Counted from the first letter of the stretch, positions 27,914 to 41,296 are shown. The stretch: 64,000 nt of DNA from Entomortierella parvispora E1425 (GCA_020891255.1 BQFW01000006.1:1550001-1614000), one strand, 5' to 3'. Notes: generated from the sequence alone by a model not told the origin. A program made the numbers and translations.

Positions 27914-30388
27914 ATGGGATTGTTGTCACTCGGAACCCCCATGCCATGGGAGGAAGCCAAGAAGTACGCTGACCACGTCCGCACCCACGGTATCATCCAA
28001 TTCTTGAACCTCTGGGAGGCCACCAAGGATCTGCAGAAGGACTGCCTCCTCTGGGGCGACGAGATTGAGTATATGGTCGTTGACCTGGACGACAAGGAAA
28101 AGAAGGCCAGGCTCAGTCTGCGCGTTTGGGAGATCCTGCAGCACCTGGCCGAAGAGGAAGAGGCGGCAAGCAAGGATCCAGCCAAGAAGTAAGTGAGTCG
28201 ATCCCTGCACTTGTCTCCAGGATCTGATCTATGGGGTGCTCTTGAAAACTCTACTCACGGCGCGTGTGCTTCACGATCTAACTCCACTGAGCGTACATCT
28301 GTATTGATCCTCTTCCGTGATTGCTATTTCCAATCAGGCTCCTTGTCAACGCATCGTGGCACCCCGAGTACGGTCGCTACATGTTGGAGGGCACCCCCGG
28401 CGAGCCCTACATGGGACTTCCCCGTGATTTGCTTGCTGTCGAACGCAACATGAAACTCAGGTACGAGTTTGGTTTGGCTTTCATTCTCCGGAAAATATCC
28501 TATCGATAGCAGAAGTCCTGGTTCGATGTTGATGTTATCGGTTCTTTGATACTCATGTTTCTACCTCTTCATGGATTTGTCGCTCTAGACGTGAGCAAGC
28601 CAAACGCCTCATGAAGCCCAACGAGGTTCCTGTTACTCTGACCTCGTTTCCTCGTCTCGGGTGTGCGGGCGACGGTCTTGTGCCCCACCACGACCCACAT
28701 GGACCCGCCGCGCGCAGTTTGTTTGTCCCTGACGATATTATTAATGCTCACGTCCGTTTCCCGTATGTCGACTCTCAACTAAGCTATAAGCATACTCTCC
28801 ATACAAGTAGAACGTTGCGCTGACCTACTTTTATTGAATCTTAGAACCTTGACAGCCAACATTCGCCGTCGACGTGGATCCAAAGTCGCCATCAACATGC
28901 CTATTTTCCGCGACACAAACACTCCCAACCCATTCATTGATCCCACCATCCCAACTTTTAACGACTATCCAGAGGACAAGAATGCGATCGAGGAAGGCGC
29001 GGCTCTTCCTAACCACATCTACATGGACGCCATGGCCTTTGGTATGGGCTGCTGCTGCCTCCAAATCACATTTCAAGCAGTCAATGTGGATGAAGCTCGC
29101 AAGATCTATGATCAGATGGCGCCATTGGGACCCATCATGCTTGCACTTACCGCGGCTGCACCCATTTATCGTGGTTATCTGAGTGATGTCGATTGCAGAT
29201 GGAATGTGATTGCTCAATCTGTAGATGACAGAACGCTAGAGGAGCGCGGACTCAAGGTAACTTTGGCCACAGAGCAGCATGGCTCATTGAATTCAAAAAA
29301 GAAAGATTTTTGTGATCCGAAGGTACTGAACGTCAAATGACACCATTTTTGCAAAATCTTAGCCACTGAAGGAGAACAAGTACAGGATCGCAAAGTCGCG
29401 CTATGACTCTATCGACTCGTACATCTCGAATGATCCCAAGAATAAGCCAGAGTACAACGATATACCCCTGGTCATCAACGAGGACGTATACAAGAAATTG
29501 ACCGAGAGCGGCATTGATGACCTCTTGGCCCGTCACATCTCGCATCTCTTTATTCGCGATCCCCTGGTCATCTTCCACGAGCTGTTGGATGTCGATGATA
29601 ATGAGACCACGGACCACTTTGAGAATCTCCAAAGCACCAACTGGCAGACGATGCGCTTCAAGCCCCCACCCTCCAAGACGAGTCCCATTGGCTGGAGAGT
29701 CGAGTTCAGAAGCATGGAGATCCAATTGACCGATTTTGAGAACGCTGCGTTTGCCATCTTTATCGTTTTGGTCACACGTGCGGTTCTGAGCTTCGACACC
29801 AACTTTTATATTCCCATCTCCAAGGTGGACGAGAACATGAAGGTGGCTCATCACAGGAACGCAGTATTGAACGAAAAGTTCTACTTCCGAAAGTCCATCT
29901 TCCCTCAGTCACGCCCTGGCACGCCGGCTGCAGGCACTCCCTCTGGATCGCCCAAGCTTCCCCACGCCACCTTGCCCAAGACCGCAGCTGCACACAACCT
30001 TCACAACAGTGGTTCTGGATTCCTGTCCGCCGGACTGGATAGATCGGATGAGTACGAGTTGATGACGATTGACGAGATCATCAACGGAAGTACATCCAAG
30101 GGATTCCCTGGCTTGCTGGGATTGGTCAACAACTACCTGAACACACTCAACATTGATATCGAAACCCGATGCGAGATTAGCAAGTACTTGGAGCTGATCA
30201 AGAAGAGGGCCAATGGAACTTTGATGACGGCTGCTACCTGGATGCGTAGCTTTGTTCAGAACCACCCCGATTACAAGCACGACTCTGTGGTCTCGGACAA
30301 GATCAACTATGATTTGGTCAAGATGGTCGAGAAAATCAACAGCGGCGAGGTCTCTGTCCCAGAACTCCTCGGTAATTTTTCGGTGTAA
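27914..30388 (+). CDS. GSH1: Glutamate-cysteine ligase catalytic subunit
   Basis: [57 protein letters not shown] and [10 protein letters not shown] motifs. Confidence 0.97.
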
Positions 30389-30609
30389 AATATTAGTCAA
30401 ATAAAATCAGTTTTGTTCATGAAGAATCGCAGTTTGCACCATTGCTCGTTCAGCTGTCCGTTTCTGCATGAAAAATAGCGCCACCAATTTCGTCGTCATG
30501 TGACTGCGACAAGTGGTGGCCACTGCCCAGGGAGCATGCACTCAAAAACCGCAATATTGTCTTCCTCTGCATTCAATTACTCCTGACACGGACAATCGAC
30601 TGGACAGCC

Positions 30610-33600
30610 ATGGAGGACGAATTTGATGCCCTCGCAGACGTAAAGTTAACAGGGATCATTCCAGGAGTGCATTGAAACGTGCTGAATGCTTCGGCTTTGT
30701 TCACATGAGGACTCATTTATTTATTATTTTCCGGAATCTCTTTCTTTCCTCCATTCCATCAGGCCGTCTTTCTGATTGAACCCAAGGTCGACGACAGTGG
30801 GAAGGCCAAGGCGAAGGGAAAGGCGCGAGGTATTGTCGATTTAAATTTCAATATTGAGAAGAGACCATCGTCAGTATGACAACGGCTGACCTTCAGTTTC
30901 CTTCTTTGTAAAATCCAGGAACCGGGCAGTTACTAACGGAACAATTTCGGTTGGATGGATTTCAACGGCTCAAGGACGTCAATGAACCCTGGGAAGCAAC
31001 TGAGATCCGACATGCACTTTTTAACCGAGAGTGGGACCTTATTTCAGCAAGGATCGAGGTACTAACCAAAGCTTTTCAAGGAGACCTTCTCTCATCGTTG
31101 GAGAAATAATATGGCGTGCGCTAACATCTCAATCTACGTCCAATAGAATGTAATGCTGAACATGAATACTCGAGCTCTGACAGCACTCTACCACTTTGTC
31201 GAAAATGCATACAACACGAGGATAACAAGGTATTGCCAAAGCAGCCTTCCTGGATTTTCTGTTGGACGGAAACAAGAGAAGATAACTGATCAGGAGATGT
31301 TTTGTTTTCATTGTATCGCGCCAATAGGGCTGTGGTCCCCATTCGAGAACTTCCAACGGCACTTGTATTTGCTGGAATCAACGTACCGGATCACGACCTG
31401 CTTTTTCAACAAATTGCCAAAACTCTTTCTTCGCCTACTCCACCAACACCAACGCAAGCAAAGGCATGGTCAGCATCCACCATCGATCCAGCAGTGGCGC
31501 CCCTTCCGAGTCTTGCAGACCAAGGCGACGAATCAAGGACAGCTTCAGGAGCAAAGAACCATGTCGTTATATTGCAGTCTAAGGACTGTCTCAACCTCAA
31601 AGGCGTTCTCAAGTCCATGATCGAACAGTTTTTAAGTTTAAACGTTCCTGGCGCGTATAATCCATTGGAGGTACAAAATCAAGCAATGCGTTTATCCACT
31701 TTGGAGAAGAACATGATCCATCGCTAACTCTGACTGCTGCACCATACTTAGGGAGGGATGAAGCTGCAGCATTATGATATGATTATCTTGGAACGTTGGT
31801 ACGAGTCTGTCTACGATCTAGCTATGGAAGACGCCAAAACGTCGCCCTCAACAGCAGATACAAATAAGCAATCTCGCGGGCCAACACTTGTGGTGATCTT
31901 TCAGGATTTCGAAAGTTTTGATCAGGAAATTCTTCAGGACGTGATTACGATATGCAGCAATTACCAGGATCGGATCCCGTTTGTGTTTTTGATGGGTCTC
32001 GCAACGTCAGTAGATGCCATTCACCAAGGACTGTCCACCTCAACGCTGGGCTTACTGCAAACTCAAAAGTTCCAAATGCAGCTGTCGTCCGAATGTTTGT
32101 CTGCGATTGTCGATGACTTGTTTATTCAGTCCAGCTCGGGCTTGATGGTGGGGCCGATGCCATTGAAGCACCTCATTGATCAATTCATGCATTGGAACTT
32201 TTCGATCGGAGGGTTTGTTGCCAATTTGAAGGTGAGTTGGAGATCGAGAATAGAAATGGATTAACTCTATTTTCTTCTCATTTTTTTTCTAATACCATCG
32301 TTTCTGCTTAATAGTACATGGTGATGCATCATTTCTACGCGAATCCACTGAGTATTCTCTCGGACAGATCACTCACGGAAGAAAGCGATGCATTGGGACT
32401 TTTGGAACAAGGACATTTTGATCACATCCGCATGAAACTCTCTTTCCAAGCGTAAGTCAGCTGTCGATTGAGCGTAGAAGTCAGCCATCCAACATGCTGA
32501 TATCGTGTTTTAACCGTTTACAATCTAACCTCCAATAGACTGATAGAGAGCAAACTTGAGTCTGATCCTGAAGTTGCCGAGCTTTTGCTCGAGGACGATG
32601 AATACTTGTCTCAACAGATCCCCCAAATGATCCGAGATCTTGACCGGTACCATCGAGATTTTGCCGTTGTATTCGAGTTCTTGTGGTTTCTTCAATCGCG
32701 GTTTGATACCTCAATCTTGAAAAAGTCGAAAAGAGCACTATACTTTATGGCCCTCGAAGGTACTCTAGTCGAATCGAGTACGATTACCTTCTTGCGATCG
32801 CTTGTTGGGTAAGTAGAGTGAGCTGGAAAATGACGTTAATGTCTGGTCTCCATCTGCCGTTGTGCATCGTAATGACAACTGATGTATTTTTATGTTTTTT
32901 ATTGGCGTTTGTACAGAAAAATGAACTCGAATGACATGATGGTCTTTGTGGACGACTGGCTAGAGTTTTTTAAGGATGCACTGGATCGACAGTTCAAGGA
33001 TGAACAAGAAGGACACGGCGGCGATGAATCACAAAGCCCTTTGGCTATGGAACTACTACTGTTAGAAGGAATGCGAGACGCCATGTCGTCGATTTTGGAT
33101 ATTGTGAGTGAGGATTCCGCGACAAGCAGTAGTGAAATCGAGGATAACGAAGAGAGAGAGAATGACGAAGAAGATGGAACCGGCACCTCTGTGGCTCATA
33201 GGCCGAAGAAGAGAAAGCTGGTCAGTTTGAACGCAAACGCGATGGAGAGTCGCCAGACAAAGATTGCAGTCAAGACAAGAGAGACTGCTCGGTTACCGAA
33301 AGGAGCTCTGGGAAGTTATACCATGCTGGTCAAGGATATCGATGAGACGATTGTGCGACTTGTCAGGTAATACTGTTGTTCACAGTGCTGTCGAGTTTCG
33401 AGGAACCCTTCCCCGCCACCGATCTTGTTTACTCACAGCAGTCCTTCGCGCCCTACTAGTACATACTTGGCACCCTACAAGACCATGCCTCTTCACGAAC
33501 TGTTCTATTATACCGACGTGAAGATTCAAGAAAAGGTAATTGCATGATGTTTTTGTATCTTTTATTATATCCTTCGATTTTAACATGAGAATCATTACTT

Positions 33601-34155
33601 TCTTTTCAGGCATTCATGCCCCAACCAAGAGCATCCATCCAAACCGCGCTCGGCCAACCCGAAGTATACCTAAACTGCGAATGTTGCCCTGCTGGCACGG
33701 CTGACACCATTTTGCCTACCCAGCACGACACCTGCATTCTTTACAAGTTGTACGTTGAATGTGGACGAATGATCAACTTGTCGGATTGGTTCACAGCCTT
33801 TGGAATGATTTTGGAACGCGGATTGGATGACGAAGCAAACGAGAAGTCAGATGAAGAGGAGAAAGAAGAAGAAGAGGAGGAGGAGGTACCAGTTGTCAAT
33901 GGCAAGCGAGGTCGTAGCGCTCGAGCATCGACGGCGGTCAAGGCCAAGAAGAGCAAGTTGGCCAAGATGAAGAAGAGTGCGGCCAAGAAGAAGAAGCAGC
34001 AACAACGAAAGGGCGTCAAGAAGCCGACTTTGGACCCGAAGCAAGTGCAAGCACGGTTCATCACCGCAGTAGCAGAGCTTCAGTTCTTAGGATTTATCAA
34101 GCCGACCAACAAGAAGACGGACCATGTCATGCGATTGACCTGGGGGTCAATATAG
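30610..34155 (+). CDS. ORC3: Origin recognition complex subunit 3
   Basis: ELPTALVFAGIN, VVIFQDFESFD, RIPFVFLMGLATS, PLHELFYY, PQPRASIQTALGQPEVYLNCECC, GRMINLSDWFTAF and ARFITAVAELQFLGFIKPTNKKTDHV motifs; about 11 exons. Confidence 0.93.
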
Positions 34156-35848
34156 ACGAGAGGGCACTGACAATACAAAAACGAATAGAAAGCAATTGCA
34201 CCATGTTCAGATTTATTGATGCTGGGTATATGAGGAGATGATGGGGGTATACTATGGAGTGTTTTATCAGCACATCCTCTTTGCTGAGTGAGCAAGAGAT
34301 AGATGGACGTCATTGAGTTCCTGAATCCGGGGGACCCGACACTGCGCACAACGAGAGCAATTGCGGGGGTCCAAAGGGGCCATTGCGCAGGCAGGACATT
34401 TGTGGAGGAAGAAAAAGTTCAATGTTCTTCCGGAGAAGGGAGAGAGCATCGTCTGTGCTGTTGTTGATCATGGAGCATGCTTGTTTGTTGTTTGTCGCAG
34501 ATCGATGAGGCCTTTTTTTGTTCTTTTGCCAATGCTGAGATGAAAAGAAAAAAAAATGGCGCAAAGCACAGAGGCGATCGATGGACGTCGAGTAGGGAAT
34601 GCTTTGTTCAACGCTCAGAAGGCAAGGCCACGCCGAGCAATGAGGGATATTTCGTTTTCTTGATCCATGCAAGGGCTTTGACTGAGGGATATTTTTTCAC
34701 CCATCCTTTCATGCATCTTCAACAGCACGCAAGAAAAGGATCAGGGTTGTTTTTTTGCTTGCGCAACAAAGACGGGTAAAATGATTTCCCCCGTCTTTCA
34801 TTTGCTGGAAGAGACCGGAGTCACCGGGGCGGAGGGCGACAGGGAGATGTTTGTCTTGCTTTTTGAGCCTCTTTCCATTTCGGGCCGAAAAAAAGGGAAA
34901 GCCAAGCGCACGTTGCTGCATGCTCGATCCTCAGACGTCTTGACCCTTGCTTGCAGTCTGTCTCCAAATTGGAAAGGGGAGGGGGACAAAAGATGGAAGG
35001 GGGTTTCTTGAAAAAAAAAAAATGGACTGTCGAGACAAATCCCCGGGAATTGGGAAAATGGCACAAGGGCAGGGAGATGAGAGAGCAGCAGACCAAAAGA
35101 GCAAGGGAGGAAAGGAGATCGACCATTGTGTTTGATCTTGCAGTTTCCACATCTCTATGAGTCAACATCCGAGAAGAGAAGACAAAAGCAAAGGGGGGGT
35201 TCAGGCAGGGGGGGGGGGGGCAACATGCACGTCCTGCAATGGTCTTGTAGGGTCCATTGCTCGCTTGCATGCTCGCTTGCTTGCTTGTTTGTGGTTTCTG
35301 ATCCTCAGGGAGAGAAGCCGGTCGACAAGGATGTGGTTTCCCTTGTTGTGCAACTCTTTTACTGCCAAAGAGGAGCGGGAGGCTGTAACACCAATTGGAG
35401 GGTGTCAATGGGTCCAGGCCGTTTGCTTTGCTCCTCCCCCCCTTTCTGAAGTTTTGTTGCAGGCGCATCCAGTCCACCCACGCGAGCAATTGCATGCTGG
35501 CTTATTGTTGTTTTTCTGGTTGTTGTTTCTTTTTTTTTTTTTTTTTTTGTTGGGTCGACCTTTTGTGTGCCATACTTTTCAGATCAAGATGGGAGACGCA
35601 GCATGCTTGTGTTGTTGCTGTGGTCGTTTGTTGCCGTAGTGGATGTTATCGTCTGCGGCATAGAGGTGCATGCATGCAGTGCAAGGTGGCGAAGAAGGTT
35701 GACTTCCCAATGGTGGCAAAAAGGTAGACGCTCCATAGAAGGGCTGGCTGCGGTCGTCCCCTTGCTGTTTAGCTATAGCTGTTTTTGCTGTGTTTTGCAG
35801 CTGAAAAGACAAGATCGAGGATCAAAGGAGGAGGAAACGAAAGGTTCC

Positions 35849-36163
35849 TCAGTGCTGCGGGACGGTGGGAAAGCACAAGAATGCACCGTCGTCCTCAACC
35901 GAGCTGTCGTCCAGAGGTGTTGACAAGGTGTCGTTGGTGGAGGCAGAGGTGGGGACAGTATCGAGGGAGCTCATGGGGCCCAACTCTGGGGAGCAAGGAG
36001 GGGTAGGAAGAGGTGAGAAATCGATCTTTTTGGTGGAAGTCTGGAGAGGCTCGCTGCTGAGCTTGAGGATGGCCTTCTCGACCACAACAGAGCTGTCGTT
36101 GTTGTGGGAGTTGCAGTGGCAGTGGTGAGAGCAAGTGACGATGAAGCGACGAGTGGGAGCCAT
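35849..36163 (-). CDS. Small protein of unknown function (104 aa)
   Basis: Intronless ORF MAPTRRFIVTCSHHCHCNSH...LPTPPCSPEL...FLCFPTVPQH, preceded by a CT-rich leader and TATAAAAA at 36346-36339. Confidence 0.6.
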   Translation of the reverse strand: MAPTRRFIVTCSHHCHCNSHNNDSSVVVEKAILKLSSEPLQTSTKKIDFSPLPTPPCSPELGPMSSLDTVPTSASTNDTLSTPLDDSSVEDDGAFLCFPTVPQH

Positions 36164-36338
36164 TGCAGAGTGGTGGGTGTGTGAATAAGAGTGTGGGTGG
36201 AAGGGAGGCACGATGGTGAAGCTGGAGAAGAGGCAATTGAAAGTAGAGTTGATAGACAAGAACAAAAAGAAGAGAGAAGAACAAAAAAAAAAAAAAAAAG
36301 GAAAAAAAGAAGGTTGTGGGGAGAGGGACGCGCTGCCC

Positions 36339-36346
36339 TTTTTATA
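36339..36346 (-). promoter_or_regulatory. Candidate TATA box of the 104-aa gene
   Basis: TATAAAAA on the minus strand about 175 nt upstream of the ATG at 36163. Confidence 0.5.
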
Positions 36347-37845
36347 GCCGATCGCACTTTTAGTGCGTGGCAACGTCGATTGACCACGTCCTCGTTTGAC
36401 GGGAAGGAGAAAAGAGGGAAATTAGGTTCCTCCCTTTGCGTACACAGCGGCAGGAAAAGGAAAAAATAACTCTTACGGCGAAACTCTGCCGAGAAATGAA
36501 CGACCGGAACGCACAAACGAGCGACGGAACGAGCGGAGCCGGGAAGAGAGTGGGGGGGGGACGAGGCCCCTACGTTGTTACTTTCTCGTACTGACACCCA
36601 TTGCTTTTTTTAAAAAGCTTTTTTTGGTTTTCACGTTTCTGGTGGTATCGTCATTTGCAAACACAGGAATGCTGAGCAAAACACCCCAGTTGCGTTTGGG
36701 AACCACCATGCTGACTGAAGACCTCTTTGCTGTCGAGATACTCTCTTGTTAATCCATGTTTGGACCTGTGCTCCAGCTGGTGCTTGTCGTGATATTAGCT
36801 CCCTCTTCATTCCCGCTCTGTTATTTTTGTCTCTTCCTGTTTTTGTTGTGATGTCGGTAACCTGAACCAACCAGCAGAGGTCCCATCGTCTTTTTTCCAT
36901 GAGGGTCCCCCTGTTTCGGTGCTGAATCAGCGTTTTGTATTGAGGGCTTTGGCACTGGCTTGGAAATCAAGCAATAATTGCGCAAACCCAATCAACCGTG
37001 GTCGTAGGACACAACACAAGGGAGGTTACAAAGCCAAGGGTAGAAAAAGAAGGGGGCACCGTATCAAACATGGTCGTCCTGTCATTGCCCTGTATCTTGA
37101 CGACATCCCCCAGTCTTTTTTTTTTATTATTTGTTTCCACACGGTCATTCAATGGCATGCGACGCAGCTATGGAAACGTCAACCTCCGTTCCCGTGCTTT
37201 TGCCACGTTGCCACAAAAATAAAAAAAAATAAATGACTCAACAGGAAAAACTGAGCGATTTCTTTCTCTGCCTTGGCGGCTCACCATGGATGCTTTGGAC
37301 ATTGTCAAAAAAAAACCACCCATCGGTGGCAAGTTCTGCTTGACTTTGCCAATTAAGCGAGCGCTGTGGACATGCATGCATATGAAAGAAAAGTGGGCAG
37401 GAGGGCTTTGTGGATGACACATTCTTTTTGTGCCACCTGTCCTGAGCGCGAGAGAGAATCAAAAAAAAAAAATCTAGGCACAAGCCCAACAACTTGGCAA
37501 ACAAAACATCAAAACACACAGACTGTAACCACTTTGAGCTCCCTGCACAACCCTGCATGTCAATCGAGTTGTCGCAGCATGGCTGCGGCCTGCTTGAACT
37601 CTTTGCCGCGTCACCTACCATGTGCCTCTTGCAACTTTCACGTCAACAACTCGATATCTTGATCTTGAAAAACACGAAAGCGGTTTATTACAAGAGACAT
37701 GCACTCACAGAGAGATGGGAGGTTGCAAGCGAATGAAGAGGGATTCTCAAAAGGCGACAAGAGGAAGGATTGGCGGTGGGGAAAGGAGGAGGTGAGGACG
37801 ACAAAACTCTAAAACTGCAAATACAAACGAACCCTGTCCGTTCGC

Positions 37846-38598
37846 TTACTCAATCTTAACGGACATAGGGACCATGTAGGTGTTTGTGCGTGAATCGGGC
37901 CCCTTGTTCTTCTCCAACTGCTTGCCCTTACAATCGGCATCTTTGAAGAAAGTGTAGGTCCAATCCTCATGACCCTGGAAACTCATCACTGCTGTGTTCT
38001 CCTTCAGATTGTGACACTGCTTGCCCACGAACGTCGAACTCTTGCCCTTGTATCGCGGTTGAGGGTAGGTGGCGAGATCCGTGCCCGCGGGGGGAACACC
38101 GGTGCCGTTGTAGTTTGATGGGTACTGGACCCGGATCGAGCAAGGCTTGAAAGGCTGAGAGATCGACTCGCGCTTTTCATCCGTGGTACGCAAAATGACG
38201 GCGCCATAGCAATCATCACCATCGTAAAAGATGTATTCCTTGTCGGGCAAACCTTTGTAGGAGCGCACCTCGATGCAGCGAAAGTTGACACAGCCATCGC
38301 CATTGAACCGTTGACGATCACCATAGTAGTTGGCCTGAGAGTAGGTCTCGAAATCCCAAACGTAAGGGTTCTTGTCATCCTTAGTAGCCTGGGAAGCGTG
38401 TCGGTTGTGCCCATCCTCGGTTTTGCTGTGGTCGACCATCAAGGCCGAGGCAGCATCCACAGTTGGGGGGACAGCCTGAGAGTAAGAATCCTCACGAATG
38501 TGGGTGTGAATGAAGTAGGGTTTGCCAAAGGTCTCGATAGGGTTAGCGCTCACAAAGCCAACGACCATGGCCAAAGTGACCCAGGATGTGATCTTCAT
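37846..38598 (-). CDS. Secreted protein with two tandem beta/gamma-crystallin-like (MiAMP1-like) domains (250 aa)
   Basis: Signal peptide MKITSWVTLAMVVGFVSA, a pro-like region, then an internal duplication: FETYSQANYYG...GDGC...YIFYDGDDCYG...PCSIRV and LATYPQPRYKG...GKQC...YTFFKDADCKG...PMSVKI. Confidence 0.8.
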   Translation of the reverse strand: MKITSWVTLAMVVGFVSANPIETFGKPYFIHTHIREDSYSQAVPPTVDAASALMVDHSKTEDGHNRHASQATKDDKNPYVWDFETYSQANYYGDRQRFNGDGCVNFRCIEVRSYKGLPDKEYIFYDGDDCYGAVILRTTDEKRESISQPFKPCSIRVQYPSNYNGTGVPPAGTDLATYPQPRYKGKSSTFVGKQCHNLKENTAVMSFQGHEDWTYTFFKDADCKGKQLEKNKGPDSRTNTYMVPMSVKIE

Positions 38599-39317
38599 GG
38601 TGATAACAAGAAATCAAGTTATTAAAGTCGATAGGTGGGTTGGTAGGAGGTGAGGTTAGGGAAACAAGCTGTGGGGAATGAGCCTTGGAGTATATCGAAC
38701 AACGGCCTCGAGAAAAAAAAAATGTCGCGTCTGTCTCGTGAGAGAGGATTGAGACAAACCATTAAAACTTTTCCCTTCTTTTATTTTCTCTCTTTCTCTT
38801 GACGATTGGTTTTCCATTCAGTAAACAGCTCGTGTTTGAGTCGCCTCATTTTCTCGCGTTCAGAACAATCCTGCACACCTACGGCTCCTCTTGGCTTTTT
38901 GCATGGACCACTTCCAGCAACAGCAACGAGCCACTTGAAGATCAAGCAGACTCGCTCGGGTGCACAAACTATCCTTGTGAAACTTTGACAAGAAAACACC
39001 ACCAACAAATCATCCATGGCCTCTCCAAAATTCAAAGTAATAAAGAAAAACTGGCACATACTTCTCGTATCTGCCCACTCGATGAATTTGCCTTAACTAT
39101 TCCTGTTCCTGTCGCTCGCTGGAGGGTGCATCCGATCAGATGTGCATCGCCTGCCGCCAGAGAGAAGAAACATTTGACGAGAGCAGGCCAAGATCCGAAT
39201 TTTTTTTTTTGCAAAGGTCAAGATAAAGAGCTCCAGAACATCCATTGGAAGCGAGAGCTTCTGACCAAGACTTTTACAATACAAAATAATTGCGCATGGT
39301 ATAATGGAGTTTTTACT

Positions 39318-40759
39318 TTAGCAGCAACCTTCCTTGGCTCGAGGCTGGTTCAATTGGATCCTTTCTGGATCATGCCCCGTCTCATGAGAAAGCTCAGCTT
39401 CACGATTCATAATCTCTTCCAGCAAAAAGCGAGCTGCATCCTCGATATTACTGTTTTCCTTTGCAGAAGTTCCGAACCTGAAGATGAAACAAATAAGGAA
39501 GCAAAGTTGGAAAAAGGTTGTTAACTATCAGGTTCCCTGTGCGCAGTCTCCCTTCATTTTCTCCAAGCATGACTTCCTACCATCGGAGGAATCCATGTTC
39601 CTGGCAAAATTTCTCCATTTCTTCCGCATCCAAGCTAGTCGCTGTTTCCTCTTTCAAGTCAATCTAGAAGAAAAAGACAGAAATATCATAGCATCAAGCG
39701 AGAAGAATCAGGCCATCGGTGTTACACAGACGCTGTCATGGAAAAAGCGTTAAACTCGCCTCCTGATGATTGGACTGTACCTTGTTTGCAAGAAGTACAA
39801 CCGGGATCGGTTGTCCCCCAGGCAGTCTCACCTTCGAGTCCAAGTCAGCCTTCCACTTGACAACGGCCTCAAAGGTCTTTGGTCGCGTAACATCATAAAC
39901 CACAAAAGCCGCTACCGCCTCTTTATAATAGACCTAAAATCGGAAAGAAGGATTTGTGAAAGTATAAGTCTTTACAGGGTCGATAGAAAGTATTGAAGCG
40001 TTTTGCCATCCAGGCTGTCGTTGTCCATGATTCTCCTAAACATCTCGTGATTCTCAGCTGGTTTTTGAGACGGCAATTGCGTTTAGGACTGACAAAACAC
40101 AAACACGCGTGTGTCGGTGCTCCATCTCTTTACTGCCTCCCGGTCCGGAGATCGGAAAGATAAGAAGTCGAACAATGTTGAGCCTGTCCTTGATGATGGC
40201 ATGGCCCCTTTCCCCTGCAATCTAGTGCGATTTTTTGCTCGCGTGATCTTTACCCGTGTCATATTTCCGAAGCGCTCTTGACCTGCAATGTCCCAAAGTT
40301 GCAGTCGGACCACTGTGTCGGGGGACCACTGAATGACCTTGAGTGCAAAGTCTACTCCAATCTATTGTACAAAAGAAGGGAGAAGGGGCGAGTGGGTCGA
40401 ATGTCAGTAGGCGAGCGATCCAATGAAAAGCAACGCGCAGGAAGTGCCTCTTCAGCTAGGAGAAGCAAAAAAAAAAGTCGTCTTCTTACGGTGGACTTGT
40501 AGTTTAAAGAAAAGATGTTGTGGACATAGCGCTTGATGATTGACGTTTTTCTATAGTTGTCCACAAGGAGCGTGTAGTTTGAGGTCAGTCCTGGGAGAAC
40601 AGACATGAGAGGCTCATGGCTCATGGAGTAACATTGAACTAAGGTGTTGGGCTGTCAATGGATGTACCCGCATCCGAGCTCACCGACGATGAGCAGCTTG
40701 TAGAGGTACTCGCGAATCTCTGTTGGGTAGGGACTGTTGCCGTCGTACGTTGCAGCCAT
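39318..40759 (-). CDS. RAB32: Rab32/Rab38-family small GTPase (6 exons)
   Basis: GELGCGKTSIIKRYVH, TIGVDFALKV, the Rab32-type WDIAGQERFGNMTRVYYKEA, KWKADLDSKV...PIPVVLLANK, and a C-terminal CC prenylation motif. Confidence 0.93.
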
Positions 40760-41029
40760 GGCGAGTTCAAGTGAAAGAGTGGAGAGGAGAGAGAGAGAGG
40801 AGAGAGAGGAGAGGAGAGTGGATTCAGATGCAGGGAAGGAGAGGCGAGGAATGAGTAAGGTAATGAGGGAACAAAGAACGAGAAGTGGAAAAAAAAAAAA
40901 AAAAAAAAAAAGGGTGTCTTGCGCATGGTGTCACGCGTCTGGGTGCTGTGTGTCCACCTGCCTTTTCTGGGCAGCTGTGTGATGTCGATGTCGTATACAA
41001 GAGACGCCATGTGGGATGCAACCCTGTCC

Positions 41030-41060
<31 letters not shown>

Positions 41061-41285
41061 CCTCTCCCCACCCCGCACGCGCCCTGCTGTGCTGCAGTAA
41101 GAAGGTGCAGGAATGAATGGAGTCTGGGTGCTTGCTGCCCACATGAATCGGATCCAGGCATCAGAGGGACACAGGTATATACCTCCACCGTGGAAAAAGT
41201 ACATGTACCGGTACATGGCAGACGGGAGAGGAGAGGAAAAGAGAACGGACCAGACCCTTTCAGCCGAGCCTATGCCTCCACGCGC

Positions 41286-41296
41286 GAGAGAGAGAG

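Noticed and set aside
21757-30388. CDF transporter, annexin and GSH1 as a metal/oxidative stress cluster
   Set aside because: Only a thematic link, with no shared regulatory motif seen.
38799-39524. 241-aa plus-strand ORF
   Set aside because: Starts at TTG, overlaps the last RAB32 exon and 3' UTR antisense, and has no motifs.
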